Assembly: GCA_964525535.1 (NCBI GenBank)
Contig: CAZGHT010000004.1
Coordinates: 23,902 to 87,901, forward strand
Length of the DNA stretch: 64,000 bases
From: an uncultured Rhodothermaceae bacterium
Lineage (GTDB): Bacteria > Bacteroidota > Rhodothermia > Rhodothermales > JAHQVL01
Direction of reading: 5' to 3'
Position 1 is the first letter of the stretch; each line of letters begins with the position of its first letter. Below the pieces are notes generated by a model. It was given only the letters and a program-made list of their open reading frames with translations. It was not told the DNA's origin and made no database searches. Shown piece after piece: positions 21,566 to 30,712 of this stretch. The translations under genes and the position numbers were made by a program.

Positions 21566-22301
21566 ATGAAATTTGCTCGTGGCCTGCGGTCCAGTCAGGG
21601 AGCCAGCCACCATGTGCGCCGGGGTTTCCTCCAGTTGCTACGATATGCCGGGGTTCTTCTCGGGGTCATGGTCGTATTTGCCATTCTGTTTCAAGTGATC
21701 ATGGTGTATGTGGAAGGGGAACGCCATTCGTGGGTAACGGCGCAGGTATAGAACGCAAGGCTGGTGATCGCCAATAGAGAGGATACCGTAAACACCAATA
21801 CGATACTGACCATCAGGGAAATGGATACGGAGGTGCCTATCGTAGCCATTGCAAATCATGAGCGTTCGATCGACGTACTTCGGCTCAGCGGCGCCAGCCA
21901 TATTCTTCCCCTGAAGCGATGGCTAGGGGAACAGCTTGCCAATCGCGTGAACGCTCAGTCGACGCATCTCCATAACATCGGTACATATGAGGGCCTGGCA
22001 GTTGCCGAATTGCCCGTGCATCGGACGCCCCTTGCCAATAAAACGATACGGGAGACCCGATTGCGAGCAACGACAGGGGTGAACATCATTTACGATTCCG
22101 ACCCCTGATAAACTGGACGGCAAGACGCTGGCCGGCAGCGACATCGGGGCACAGACTGGCATGATCGTGCTCGCCGTACAAAAGAATGGGTCCATGATCA
22201 CGACGCCTTCGTCGTCCACGTTCCTGGAAAAGGATGCTTTATTATACGTCCTGGGGAGCGCTGAGCAAAGGGAGACGTTTAAAGAACTATATAATCGCTG
22301 A
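21566..22301 (+). pseudogene. decayed K+ channel (TM - RCK/TrkA-N - TrkA-C) gene
   Basis: Three fragments in different frames. Fragment 21566..21751 is the N-terminus plus first TM helix (...VYVEGERHSWVTA, then stop). Fragment 21764..22108 is the C-terminal half of TrkA-N (VPIVAIANHERSIDVLRLSGASHILPLK) plus the start of a TrkA-C domain. Fragment 22113..22301 is TrkA-C (LDGKTLAGSDIGAQTGMIVLAVQKNG...LLYVLGSAEQ). The pore helix/selectivity filter, second TM and the GxGxxG start of the Rossmann fold are missing. Confidence 0.6.
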
Positions 22302-22376
22302 TCTCCCGACGCATGGGCAAAGGCATCCGGTCTGTGCGTCGTCATTGTGCATCGAGAGCTCACGTCCAGACGTCCG

Positions 22377-24644
22377 TCACCGTGTGTTTTCGAGCGCTTC
22401 GTTTCGCTGCTGGAGGTCTTCGATGATGCGTCGCAGAGATTCGGTGTGATAGGGCGCCTTCTCATTAAACCCATTTCGGATTACGGTCATCGTTCCCTTC
22501 TTCTCCCCCGTATCATCTTCGAGTACGTGCATAGACACGTGCACACGAACTTTCCGACCGTCGGCCCGCTGATGATACAGCTCGCCCGACCAGACGCCCG
22601 TTTCTTTGAGCACATCCCTCGCCTGTTTTTCTTCTACGGACGATTTCCACACAGATCGATACAGTGTATCCAACGGGTAGCCGGCTTTTTTCTTCTGAAA
22701 TAGACCAAATCGCTGGATAGCCGCCTTATTAACGTACGTGACCTGGCGATAGGGGTTGGTAACGATTACGGCATCCTGGATTTGATTCAATATGTCTGCT
22801 CGAAAGCGATCCCATTCGTTCTCACGTTTCGATTCTGTGACGTCGAGGATGGTGCACACCATACCGCGAACTTCTCCCGATGAAATGCGGGGCTGTAACG
22901 ATATTCTGTACCAGTTGCCCGTCGTACTGGATGTCTCCTCTTCTACGGGGGTACAGTTTCGCATGACCCGGCCGGCCTCTTCGGCAAGATTCATCTGAAG
23001 GGGTGATTCCAGATGTGTAAGAGGGCGACCTATATCGGAACGGTCCAGGTTGAACAGTTGCGCAGCAGGAGGGGAAAACATCGAGATACACCCTGCATCA
23101 TCGACACAGAGAATGCCAAGGCCGCAATGGGAGATGATTTCATCGAGCCACTGCTGGTTTTTGTGCAACTGGTTATTCTGGCCCTTGAGATCTTTGTTGG
23201 CCTTTACTGTATTTCCCATCATGTTACGTAATGAAGCACACTCTGCGTCGATAAGTCCTCTTTCGTGCAGCAGGTTTTTCATGTCTGACTGCAACTTGTG
23301 ATTCAGGTCTACGAGTTCGTTATGGGTCGATTCGTATTCGTTAACGGTAGCTTCCAATCGTTCTTTCGTTCGGGTAAGCTCGTTTTCGAGATAATGAATG
23401 ATTTCTGCATCCCGGTTATGTGGCGCGTGCGGGGCGGCGGCGGCGGCCAGAGGGTCCGTTTTTGGGACGCGATCGAAGGCTGCGCCTGGTTCCATCGGCC
23501 CGTCTTTCCTTTGGAAGATCCCGTGGTCCGCGTTAACGGGGGCAAAAAGGCGTTCCAGCGAACCGGGCATACCCGTCGTGTTCAGGACGAGAAAGCCGCC
23601 GGGTCGTATCTTTCTGGAGAAGAGATTGACGTATTGGGCCTGTTCTCCAGCGCTCTTGAGCAAAAAGGGCTCGGGGCAGATCAGCAGGTCGTGTTCTGAC
23701 GCTTGTCCATTACCCCGCTCAGGCGGTTTTGAAAAATGGACGAGAGACTTTAACGTGTTGTTGATCCGGTATCCTTCCCGGGTTGCCTCGAAATAGGTGT
23801 CCAAACAGTACGACGACAGGTCTAGATGTACCAGATGAGGGTACCCGTCTTGTCGGGGTAGGAGCGGGGCCATTCCGGCCCAGTCTTCAGCGACTACGAC
23901 GAGGCGGATGTCGCGCTTCTGGCTTCGCGCCATGTCATCGAATAACATAGCGACAGAGTAGGCTTCTTCCGCGGTTTCACGCCCCAATACGCATATTTGA
24001 ATGCCGGAAGGCAGTGCTTCGTCCAGGAGTTCCGAAGCCACGAGGCGTTCGATATGGATATATCGCGCGGGGTTGTCGAAAAAGTCCGTAACGCGAACAG
24101 AGAAGCTTTTTCTCAGCGCCGTCAGTTCCTCAGGGTCTCGAAGCAATAAGGCTTTATACGCAGATGTATCAGAAATCTGGTGGACCTGCATGCGCCAGCT
24201 GATTCGGCGGAGCAACTGCATATTTGCAGTGGGCGAAAGTGGGGCTGGCTGGCCTGGGGGGCGTATGGCGTCCAACAGCGCCTGTATTTCAGTGACAGAG
24301 AGTTCCAGGGGAGAGCGTCCCGGATACTCACGAACCAGAAAATCAGCGTGTAGGCCGATCAACCTTGCAACGGTGGACGTCCACGGGCGAATCCCGCGAA
24401 GGCGAGTCGACAATACCGAGGGGCCGACGTGCCAGTCTTCGGGCAAGGGGACATCCGTTTTCGGGGGATCGGTGGGTTCGACGACCAGCTTCGAAATGTC
24501 ATCTAATACAAAGCCATCCGAAAAGCCCTGTTCGAAGGCATTTGAGAGTGCGTGCATCTGAAAAGAGGTGCTAGTAATACGCAGAGAGGAGAGAAAAGAA
24601 ATGTCCTCTATCAACCCCAACAGTTGAGAGCAGGTTCCATGCAC
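22377..24644 (-). CDS. CheR-like methyltransferase fused to coiled coil and two PAS-like domains
   Basis: CheR-type region (VRVTDFFDNPARY, IQICVLGRETAEEAYSVAMLF, FSRKIRPGGFLVL). Coiled coil (LENELTRTKERLEATVNEYESTHNELVDLN). Two PAS-like modules at the C-terminus. No kinase, receiver or CheB domain seen. Confidence 0.8.
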   Translation of the reverse strand: MHGTCSQLLGLIEDISFLSSLRITSTSFQMHALSNAFEQGFSDGFVLDDISKLVVEPTDPPKTDVPLPEDWHVGPSVLSTRLRGIRPWTSTVARLIGLHADFLVREYPGRSPLELSVTEIQALLDAIRPPGQPAPLSPTANMQLLRRISWRMQVHQISDTSAYKALLLRDPEELTALRKSFSVRVTDFFDNPARYIHIERLVASELLDEALPSGIQICVLGRETAEEAYSVAMLFDDMARSQKRDIRLVVVAEDWAGMAPLLPRQDGYPHLVHLDLSSYCLDTYFEATREGYRINNTLKSLVHFSKPPERGNGQASEHDLLICPEPFLLKSAGEQAQYVNLFSRKIRPGGFLVLNTTGMPGSLERLFAPVNADHGIFQRKDGPMEPGAAFDRVPKTDPLAAAAAPHAPHNRDAEIIHYLENELTRTKERLEATVNEYESTHNELVDLNHKLQSDMKNLLHERGLIDAECASLRNMMGNTVKANKDLKGQNNQLHKNQQWLDEIISHCGLGILCVDDAGCISMFSPPAAQLFNLDRSDIGRPLTHLESPLQMNLAEEAGRVMRNCTPVEEETSSTTGNWYRISLQPRISSGEVRGMVCTILDVTESKRENEWDRFRADILNQIQDAVIVTNPYRQVTYVNKAAIQRFGLFQKKKAGYPLDTLYRSVWKSSVEEKQARDVLKETGVWSGELYHQRADGRKVRVHVSMHVLEDDTGEKKGTMTVIRNGFNEKAPYHTESLRRIIEDLQQRNEALENTR

Positions 24645-24667
24645 CGGATCCTGGAGATTGATTGTGT

Positions 24668-25843
24668 TTAATGCTTGTTTTTCGTGAGTTTATGGAGGGC
24701 ACTGATTGCGAGGGCCGTGGCCAGCAACGGGTCGTCCTCTTTGTTCGGAGAACCGTAAGGATTCGAGAAAGAGCCATCTGCTTGCACCCGGTCGGCGAAA
24801 AGGGTTGCCATTTGCGTCCTGGACGTTTCTGGCCATCCCAGCAGGTCGAAGACCTCCGCATGCACAGAAAGATTATAGAACTGCATGACGTGGTGCCACT
24901 GGCCGGGCTGATCTCGGGGGATGCCTGCAGGATATTCGAGGTTGAGGCGTTCCTTCAGCCAGGTATGTGCATCAGCGGCGCTCTGCGATGTAGAGGGGAG
25001 GTCGGCAGTCAAGAGAGCGAGTAGGCCGTCACAGGTAGCCGTCGCATAGCTGCCGTGAACCGGATTGTCTGATTCGTCGAAGGTGAGCCGGCCCTTATTG
25101 GCGGCGAAAACGACGGGAGAATAGAAGAAGCCTCCATCGTAGCTGGGGTGCTCTCTTTTTTGCGCGCGTGCCAAAAAAACCAGGGCTTTTTTGTAGGAGG
25201 AGGCCTCGACACGCGGGCCGGCCTGGAATGGACCGTCGCTGTAAAGCCTGAGCGCCTGCAAGATCCTCCGCGTATGCGAGAGATCAACGTAGCCCACCTG
25301 GCCTCTCGCGAGTGTAGTTTCACCGAATCCCCATCCACCGTAAGCCGCATGAGACGCCTCTATGGATCTCGACTCGTCGAATTGCTGGTCGATCAAATAC
25401 CCGGCCATTCGATAGATGAGGCCTTCATCGCTGGCGTCCCCTGCATCTAACAGTACTCTGAGAGCATAAGAAGTCGCATAATTAGGGTATTCGACCAGTA
25501 CAGGATCCGATAGGCCCAGCACACCAGAGGTGTCCATGTGGGTTCGAATGAAGTTCAGCGCCAGCTCGACCTGTTCTTTTTTCTCTACACGGGCGGAAGA
25601 GTCAGCCTGTAGCAATGTAAACAAGATGAAAGGAGTAAGGACCTGGCCGCTTTTCATAATAGCATGGGTCTCGCTATGCCAGCCGCCATCGGCCCCTTGT
25701 TTTTGCCACAGGTATTGGAGGGCCTCATCCCGTAAGGCGGCAGGACGGACTTCCGTTTCTACCGGAGCGGCGCATTGGAGGGACAGGAGCGCCAAAACGG
25801 GGAGCAGCAGGCGGCCTGCTCCCCGTTTGAGTCGTTTAATCAT
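24668..25843 (-). CDS. secreted prenyltransferase/squalene-oxidase-repeat (alpha/alpha-toroid) protein
   Basis: Signal peptide. Repeated Q..DGGW / DGSF motifs (QGADGGWHSE, YGGWGFGE, YDGGFFYSP, QADGSFSNPYG) typical of terpene-cyclase-like toroid repeats. Confidence 0.75.
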   Translation of the reverse strand: MIKRLKRGAGRLLLPVLALLSLQCAAPVETEVRPAALRDEALQYLWQKQGADGGWHSETHAIMKSGQVLTPFILFTLLQADSSARVEKKEQVELALNFIRTHMDTSGVLGLSDPVLVEYPNYATSYALRVLLDAGDASDEGLIYRMAGYLIDQQFDESRSIEASHAAYGGWGFGETTLARGQVGYVDLSHTRRILQALRLYSDGPFQAGPRVEASSYKKALVFLARAQKREHPSYDGGFFYSPVVFAANKGRLTFDESDNPVHGSYATATCDGLLALLTADLPSTSQSAADAHTWLKERLNLEYPAGIPRDQPGQWHHVMQFYNLSVHAEVFDLLGWPETSRTQMATLFADRVQADGSFSNPYGSPNKEDDPLLATALAISALHKLTKNKH

Positions 25844-27144
25844 CCATTCGCAGGATTGCCCTGTTGCTGGTTCTTCAATAGATGCAGGTCTCTATCTGCA
25901 CTCATCGCGAGAATGACGGCGGCCGTACAGAATACCGGACTGGTGATGCAGTGATGCCCCGACCAGCTACCATCGTTGTTCTGAATGCTAGAGAGGAGAT
26001 TGAACATTCGGCTATACCAGTTATTCCAGTCTTCACCGCCGGTGACGACGAGTGATTCGCTCGTCATCATGAAGCTCAGAAATTCTTCTCCTCCATTATT
26101 GCCAAAGCCCCGCAATACGTCGTCTTGCTGCAATTTTTCCCGGGTGAGCTTATTCTGCCGGAAAGCAGATTCCAATTCTCTCGCTTGTTCTGGTGATACC
26201 CCCATCTTTTCGAGGTTGTCACCTGTAGGAGCGGCCGATTCACCAAGGACCCCGTCCCTGCGACCTTGTTCTATAAGGTCCTGGGCCTGTTTCGCTTCCT
26301 TGGCTGTAGCTCGCTGGTTGCTCGAAAGGGAGTACAACGAAATCCCGGCGGCGCTTTCCGTTCGAACTTCGCCGCTCTCCTCGTCGACATTGCTTTTCTG
26401 GTAGGCCCTCGATCGTTCTAAGACGTCCTGATCGATCTCTAAATCCGCATCTGCCGCCATTTCAAACGCATTATTGGCCATGGCCGATTGCAATACCGAA
26501 GCCCATCCTCCCCGGTCATTCCAGCTTCCGTCTGCGCTCTGGGCTCTGGACAGTTTGTCCAGACAAATTTCGAGCGCCCGGCGGACGCGATTTTCGAGGG
26601 CAGGATCGTGTTTCGTATGCGGCAGGACGCGGGTAAATAGCTGGGCCGTCATCGATACATCGATATTTTGACCCAGTTTTGCCTGCGGTTGTGTACCGCG
26701 AATATTGGTTATGGAAACCCCCTCTTCCGGATAGTTCTCGACGAGCTCGAGCATGTAATGGACTGCTTTCGTTACATGTTCTTGATAAGGGCCGTCAGTC
26801 AGGGTGCTCCCGGAGCGCATCAACGCCATTGCTGAGAAGGCAGTAGTTGCGGGGTCGATTTGTACGGCTCCGGGGTCACGTATGTCTTGCCGCGCATGGG
26901 AGCCGGCTCCCCATCCGCCATTCTCAAACTGGGCGTCGGCAAGCCATTGCATGCCATTCTTGACGAAATCGGGGAGCGGCTTGACGTCGTCCAATGATTG
27001 CGTTCCCGTCTGGATGACGGGAGGGCTGACGGTCTCGATCTCCGTGAGGGGAGAGGGGTCGTCATCGTGAGGCGTGAGATTCCAGACAGCGTACACTGCC
27101 AGGGCGAACAGCATAGAAGAAATTACCAGTGCAGTAGTTTTCAT
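25840..27144 (-). CDS. secreted prenyltransferase/squalene-oxidase-repeat (alpha/alpha-toroid) protein, paralog
   Basis: Signal peptide. Motifs QFENGGWGAGSH, QSADGSWNDRGGW, QNNDGSWSGHHC. Its stop overlaps the downstream paralog's start by 4 nt (ATGA). Confidence 0.75.
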   Translation of the reverse strand: MKTTALVISSMLFALAVYAVWNLTPHDDDPSPLTEIETVSPPVIQTGTQSLDDVKPLPDFVKNGMQWLADAQFENGGWGAGSHARQDIRDPGAVQIDPATTAFSAMALMRSGSTLTDGPYQEHVTKAVHYMLELVENYPEEGVSITNIRGTQPQAKLGQNIDVSMTAQLFTRVLPHTKHDPALENRVRRALEICLDKLSRAQSADGSWNDRGGWASVLQSAMANNAFEMAADADLEIDQDVLERSRAYQKSNVDEESGEVRTESAAGISLYSLSSNQRATAKEAKQAQDLIEQGRRDGVLGESAAPTGDNLEKMGVSPEQARELESAFRQNKLTREKLQQDDVLRGFGNNGGEEFLSFMMTSESLVVTGGEDWNNWYSRMFNLLSSIQNNDGSWSGHHCITSPVFCTAAVILAMSADRDLHLLKNQQQGNPANG

Positions 27145-27573
27145 AATGTGTAGCGATCATGTGTTGTACAGGATGAAAGGCGGGGGGAATTGAGACTCAT
27201 TAAGCGGTGTTACGCGCAGGATAGATTATCCAAAGCGACGGACGGGACGTCCATGCGGTTTACACAATCCGGTGACAGGCATGAAAAGGTCTCACAAGGC
27301 ACGATGAGCTGCCCGGGTTGCTCGAAAAGCGGAATCGATCTTTAGCGAGTGCGCCTTGTGATTGTACGATCCATACGTGTTATTAAATCAACGGGCGGCA
27401 TCCGCTTATTATTGCGTGGCGCATCGGAAAAATGAATACCCGGTGTGCTTTCTGGCGGCGCCCGGAGTATATTAGGGTGTGTGGACATTCAGCGGCAGGA
27501 ATGCTCGGTCAACGAGGGTGTACAGCATGCCCCACGAGGTCCTGGCAACGATTGCGTACCAGCACATATGAAT

Positions 27574-27704
27574 GGATGTTGCGTATCTGTGCGTTATCGT
27601 TTTGCCCGGACGGCTTTGAATGCGCGCATATAGCTGAATAACGGCTGCAAGGCAGTCATTCAACGCCGGCAAAACGGGGTGCTGTGCACAACCTGCGTAA
27701 CATC
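27574..27704. repeat. 131-bp copy (subfamily 2) of the GATGTTACGC-terminated palindromic element
   Basis: Left end GGATGTTGCGTATCTGTGCG; right end GCTGTGCACAACCTGCGTAACATC. Nested internal stems (CGTTTTGCC.../...GGCAAAACG and GGCTTTGAATG/CATTCAACGCC). Ends 29 nt upstream of the TRAP SBP start codon. Confidence 0.75.
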
Positions 27705-27732
27705 ACTTACGAAATTAGCGTGTCGCAGCACT

Positions 27733-28854
27733 ATGAAAAGACGAAACTTCCTTCAGAAATCGGTAATTACGGCGGCGTTGGGAGGGGTAGCTGTAGGATG
27801 CAATTCGAGGCAGACTTCGACCGGGGATGCGCCGGCTGTCATCACGCAGCGGAATATTAGATGGAGGCTCATTTCCAGCTTTCCTCGATCCCTGGATACG
27901 ATCTTCGGAGCCGCTGAAGTATTCGCTCAGCGAGTGAATGCCCTGACGGAAGGGAGGTTTGACATCAGGGTGTATCCTGCCGGCGAGATCGTGCCTTACG
28001 ACCAGGTTCTCGAGTCCGTCCAAAAAGGCACGGTGCAGGTGGGGCATGCCGCGAGCTATTACTTCAAGGGCAAGAATCCCGCACTGCCCTTTGATTGCAG
28101 CGTTCCGTTCGGGCTGACTTCAAGGCAACAAACGGCCTGGATGTTACATGGTGGGGGTATGGAGCTGATGCGCGAAATGTTTTCCGATTTCAACGTGATT
28201 AATTTTGTGGGGGGGAATACGGGTGCACAAATGGGGGGATGGTTTCGCAAAGAAATAAATGCGCTGTCAGACCTCAGAGGCCTCAAGATGCGCATTCCCG
28301 GTTTCGGTGGGGACGTGATGGACCGAATGGGCGTGGGCGTGGAGCTGATTGCGGGTGGAGAAGTGTATCCGGCGTTGGAACGAGGCGCAATCGATGCTGC
28401 GGAGTGGGTGGGGCCTTACGACGATGAAAAGCTTGGATTTCATAAGGTGGCCCCATTCTATTATTACCCGGGGTGGTGGGAGCCGGGGCCTGCACTCACC
28501 TTCTATGTGAACAAAGACGAATGGGAAACCCTGCCGAAGGGTTATCAGGAAGCGATATCAACCGCGAGTGTAGCGGCCAGCACTGCCATGCAGAGCAGTT
28601 ACGATGCTAAAAATCCGCCGGCCCTGGCGAGGCTGATCGACCAGGGGGTGGAGATCAGGCCCTTTCCTGAAGATCTGATGGGTGCTGCAGAGACGCATGC
28701 CTTCGATATCATGGAAGAAGAGGCGGCCGAAGATGCGGGATACAGAAAGGTGTATGAAGCGTTCAAGGCCTTCCGGAGTTCGTCCTACCAGTGGTTCGGG
28801 ACGGCCGAGAGTACCTATGCGTCGTACGCTTTCAGAAGCGCCGCCTCAGGATAA
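27733..28854 (+). CDS. TRAP-type transporter solute-binding protein (DctP family) with Tat signal
   Basis: ATG at 27733 gives MKRRNFLQKSVITAALGG. DctP-like body (RWRLISSFPRSLD..., VQVGHAASYYF, GGWFRKEI, MRIPGFGG). No DctQ/DctM genes adjacent. Confidence 0.85.
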   Translation: MKRRNFLQKSVITAALGGVAVGCNSRQTSTGDAPAVITQRNIRWRLISSFPRSLDTIFGAAEVFAQRVNALTEGRFDIRVYPAGEIVPYDQVLESVQKGTVQVGHAASYYFKGKNPALPFDCSVPFGLTSRQQTAWMLHGGGMELMREMFSDFNVINFVGGNTGAQMGGWFRKEINALSDLRGLKMRIPGFGGDVMDRMGVGVELIAGGEVYPALERGAIDAAEWVGPYDDEKLGFHKVAPFYYYPGWWEPGPALTFYVNKDEWETLPKGYQEAISTASVAASTAMQSSYDAKNPPALARLIDQGVEIRPFPEDLMGAAETHAFDIMEEEAAEDAGYRKVYEAFKAFRSSSYQWFGTAESTYASYAFRSAASG

Positions 28855-28926
28855 GGAGCCGATACGCGCGCTCGTGCCGGGTCTGCCAGGCGAACGCACG
28901 TTGGGAGGCGGCTAGCGTATCGGGAT

Positions 28927-29919
28927 TCATTCAGCCTGAATGGAGACCTGCATCGGGACCGTGTTGTTCGACGAAGTCGTCAGTTCAGCCCAGGTTTTGG
29001 CCGAGAATTCCCGAAAGGGTTTCTTGTGGTGGAGCCAGCCGAAGTGCAACACGAAGGGGGTCACCTCGATGAAATCCCCTCGTCCGGGCCACATCGAGAA
29101 AAAGTCAATCAGGGTTCTCTTGAGGTGGGGATTGGTGAGGCCCCTCAGCATATAAACGAAACGGTTGGAGTAATATTTACAACGTACCTCTTTGAAGTCG
29201 GGGTCGTACTCGGTGAGTCCCTCGATGAAGTCGAGCTGGGGGCTGTTCAGGCCTTGAAACCAGGGATAGACATGGAGGCCCAGCTGGCTCATGGCCATGG
29301 CCAGGCTCCATTCGCAGGATTCTTCGGCGCGTCCTTCATTGAGCCGGCTCCTGAAGTGGGTTTCGTGGCGTTGGGAGAGAAAGTAGGAGGCTGTTTCACA
29401 GACCTCCCGGGTGGTTCCCTCGTCCTGGCTGAATATCATGCCGGCTTGAATCCGGGGCAGGTAGTTCAATCCAAAACGCCGCATGGTTCGACGCCGGCGG
29501 TCGAGGACGAAATCGACCGCCACGCCGACCCCTTTAGGGCCGCCGAAGAAGAAATCAGAGCGTTCGAGCCCCGTCGCCGTGAACGGAAATGCAGACAGCT
29601 GTATCCAGAGGGGATCGACATCTCTGCACCAGATCATATCTGAGTCCACAAAGAGGCACCGATCGAAAGGCATGAATTTATGGATATGATGCTTGAAGCC
29701 GGTAATAGATCGATGATCCTCGGGAAGGGCTTCGATATAGTGGAAGAGCGTATCCAGATTGTACCGCTTGAGGGACTCCGCGTGGCTCGGTGGACAATAC
29801 AAGGCGACGGGCCGCTCCGAGTCGTGCCGACGTAGGGTCAGCACAGAGGCGACAGCATCACGAACGTAATGGTCAGGGCCATAAGTATGATATACGTATC
29901 CTTCCACTTTGAGCATCAA
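28927..29919 (-). CDS. hypothetical protein, possibly GT-A/GT8-like nucleotide-sugar transferase
   Basis: 330-aa ORF. Only a DxD-like LFVDSDMIW motif after an N-terminal beta-alpha-beta-like segment suggests a GT-A fold. Weak assignment. Confidence 0.45.
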   Translation of the reverse strand: MMLKVEGYVYHTYGPDHYVRDAVASVLTLRRHDSERPVALYCPPSHAESLKRYNLDTLFHYIEALPEDHRSITGFKHHIHKFMPFDRCLFVDSDMIWCRDVDPLWIQLSAFPFTATGLERSDFFFGGPKGVGVAVDFVLDRRRRTMRRFGLNYLPRIQAGMIFSQDEGTTREVCETASYFLSQRHETHFRSRLNEGRAEESCEWSLAMAMSQLGLHVYPWFQGLNSPQLDFIEGLTEYDPDFKEVRCKYYSNRFVYMLRGLTNPHLKRTLIDFFSMWPGRGDFIEVTPFVLHFGWLHHKKPFREFSAKTWAELTTSSNNTVPMQVSIQAE

Positions 29920-30010
29920 ATTTTTCTGCTAAGACCGTGTGGATGCGAACCACACGTACGCAGTGGCCGTGATCTGGTTCTCTGGAACACCGGGTCGCAG
30001 GTATGCCGGG

Positions 30011-30628
30011 TTATTCGGTCGCGTTCATCTTGTCCAACCGCTTTTTGAGATTCTGCATGAGCGCATCAAAACCGCGTTTGCGGATGTAGGTTTGAAACGA
30101 CCGTGCATAGCCCTCCATCGTGCTTACGCCGTCCAGAATAATATCGTCAACACGCCAGGTATTTCCTCGAAATCCCATCGCATATTCGACCTGCATGGGC
30201 TGCTTCTTGTACGTTGTTTTGGTTTGAACTCGGGCTTCGGCCCCTTCCACCGAAACCTTTTCGTACTCGACGTCCAGGCGATAGATGTCGAGGTTAGAGA
30301 GCGAGCGTTCGCGTACAATTTCGCTAAAAACTTTGATAAATTCAGCCTGTTGTTCGGAGGTCAACGTTTCCCATTCTTCACCTAACGCATCCTGCCCCAT
30401 CTGATTAAAATCGATGACGCCATTGATCACGTTCTGAAGTTTTTCCTGTTGTGCATCCGTGAAATCCTCTGCTTCGCCGATCAACGCCTTTATTTCTTGA
30501 TCCCGTTGTTTCAAGAGAGAGACGACGTCGCTGTCTGGGGCCTGGGCGCTAACGGGCTGGATAACGAACAGGAGGGACGCCAGAGCAAAGATACATAGGC
30601 TGCGAAGTTTGTATACAAAAGTAGACAT
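30011..30628 (-). CDS. MlaC/Ttg2D-like periplasmic lipid-binding protein
   Basis: ATG at 30628 gives a signal peptide (FALASLLFVIQPVSAQA). C-terminal region resembles MlaC (LGEEWETLTSEQQAEF...WRVDDIILDGVSTMEGYARSFQ). Confidence 0.7.
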   Translation of the reverse strand: MSTFVYKLRSLCIFALASLLFVIQPVSAQAPDSDVVSLLKQRDQEIKALIGEAEDFTDAQQEKLQNVINGVIDFNQMGQDALGEEWETLTSEQQAEFIKVFSEIVRERSLSNLDIYRLDVEYEKVSVEGAEARVQTKTTYKKQPMQVEYAMGFRGNTWRVDDIILDGVSTMEGYARSFQTYIRKRGFDALMQNLKKRLDKMNATE

Positions 30629-30712
30629 TGTAATTGTGGATTTAATGATTGAGGGCATCAAATCACCTGATATTCCCATGAATGAGTATCATGATAGTGA
30701 TTACCCTTTCAT

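Noticed and set aside
21923-22474. 183-codon minus-strand ORF over the K+ channel remnant
   Set aside because: The translation is Ser/Cys/Arg-rich and junk-like. The plus strand carries recognisable TrkA-N/TrkA-C fragments.
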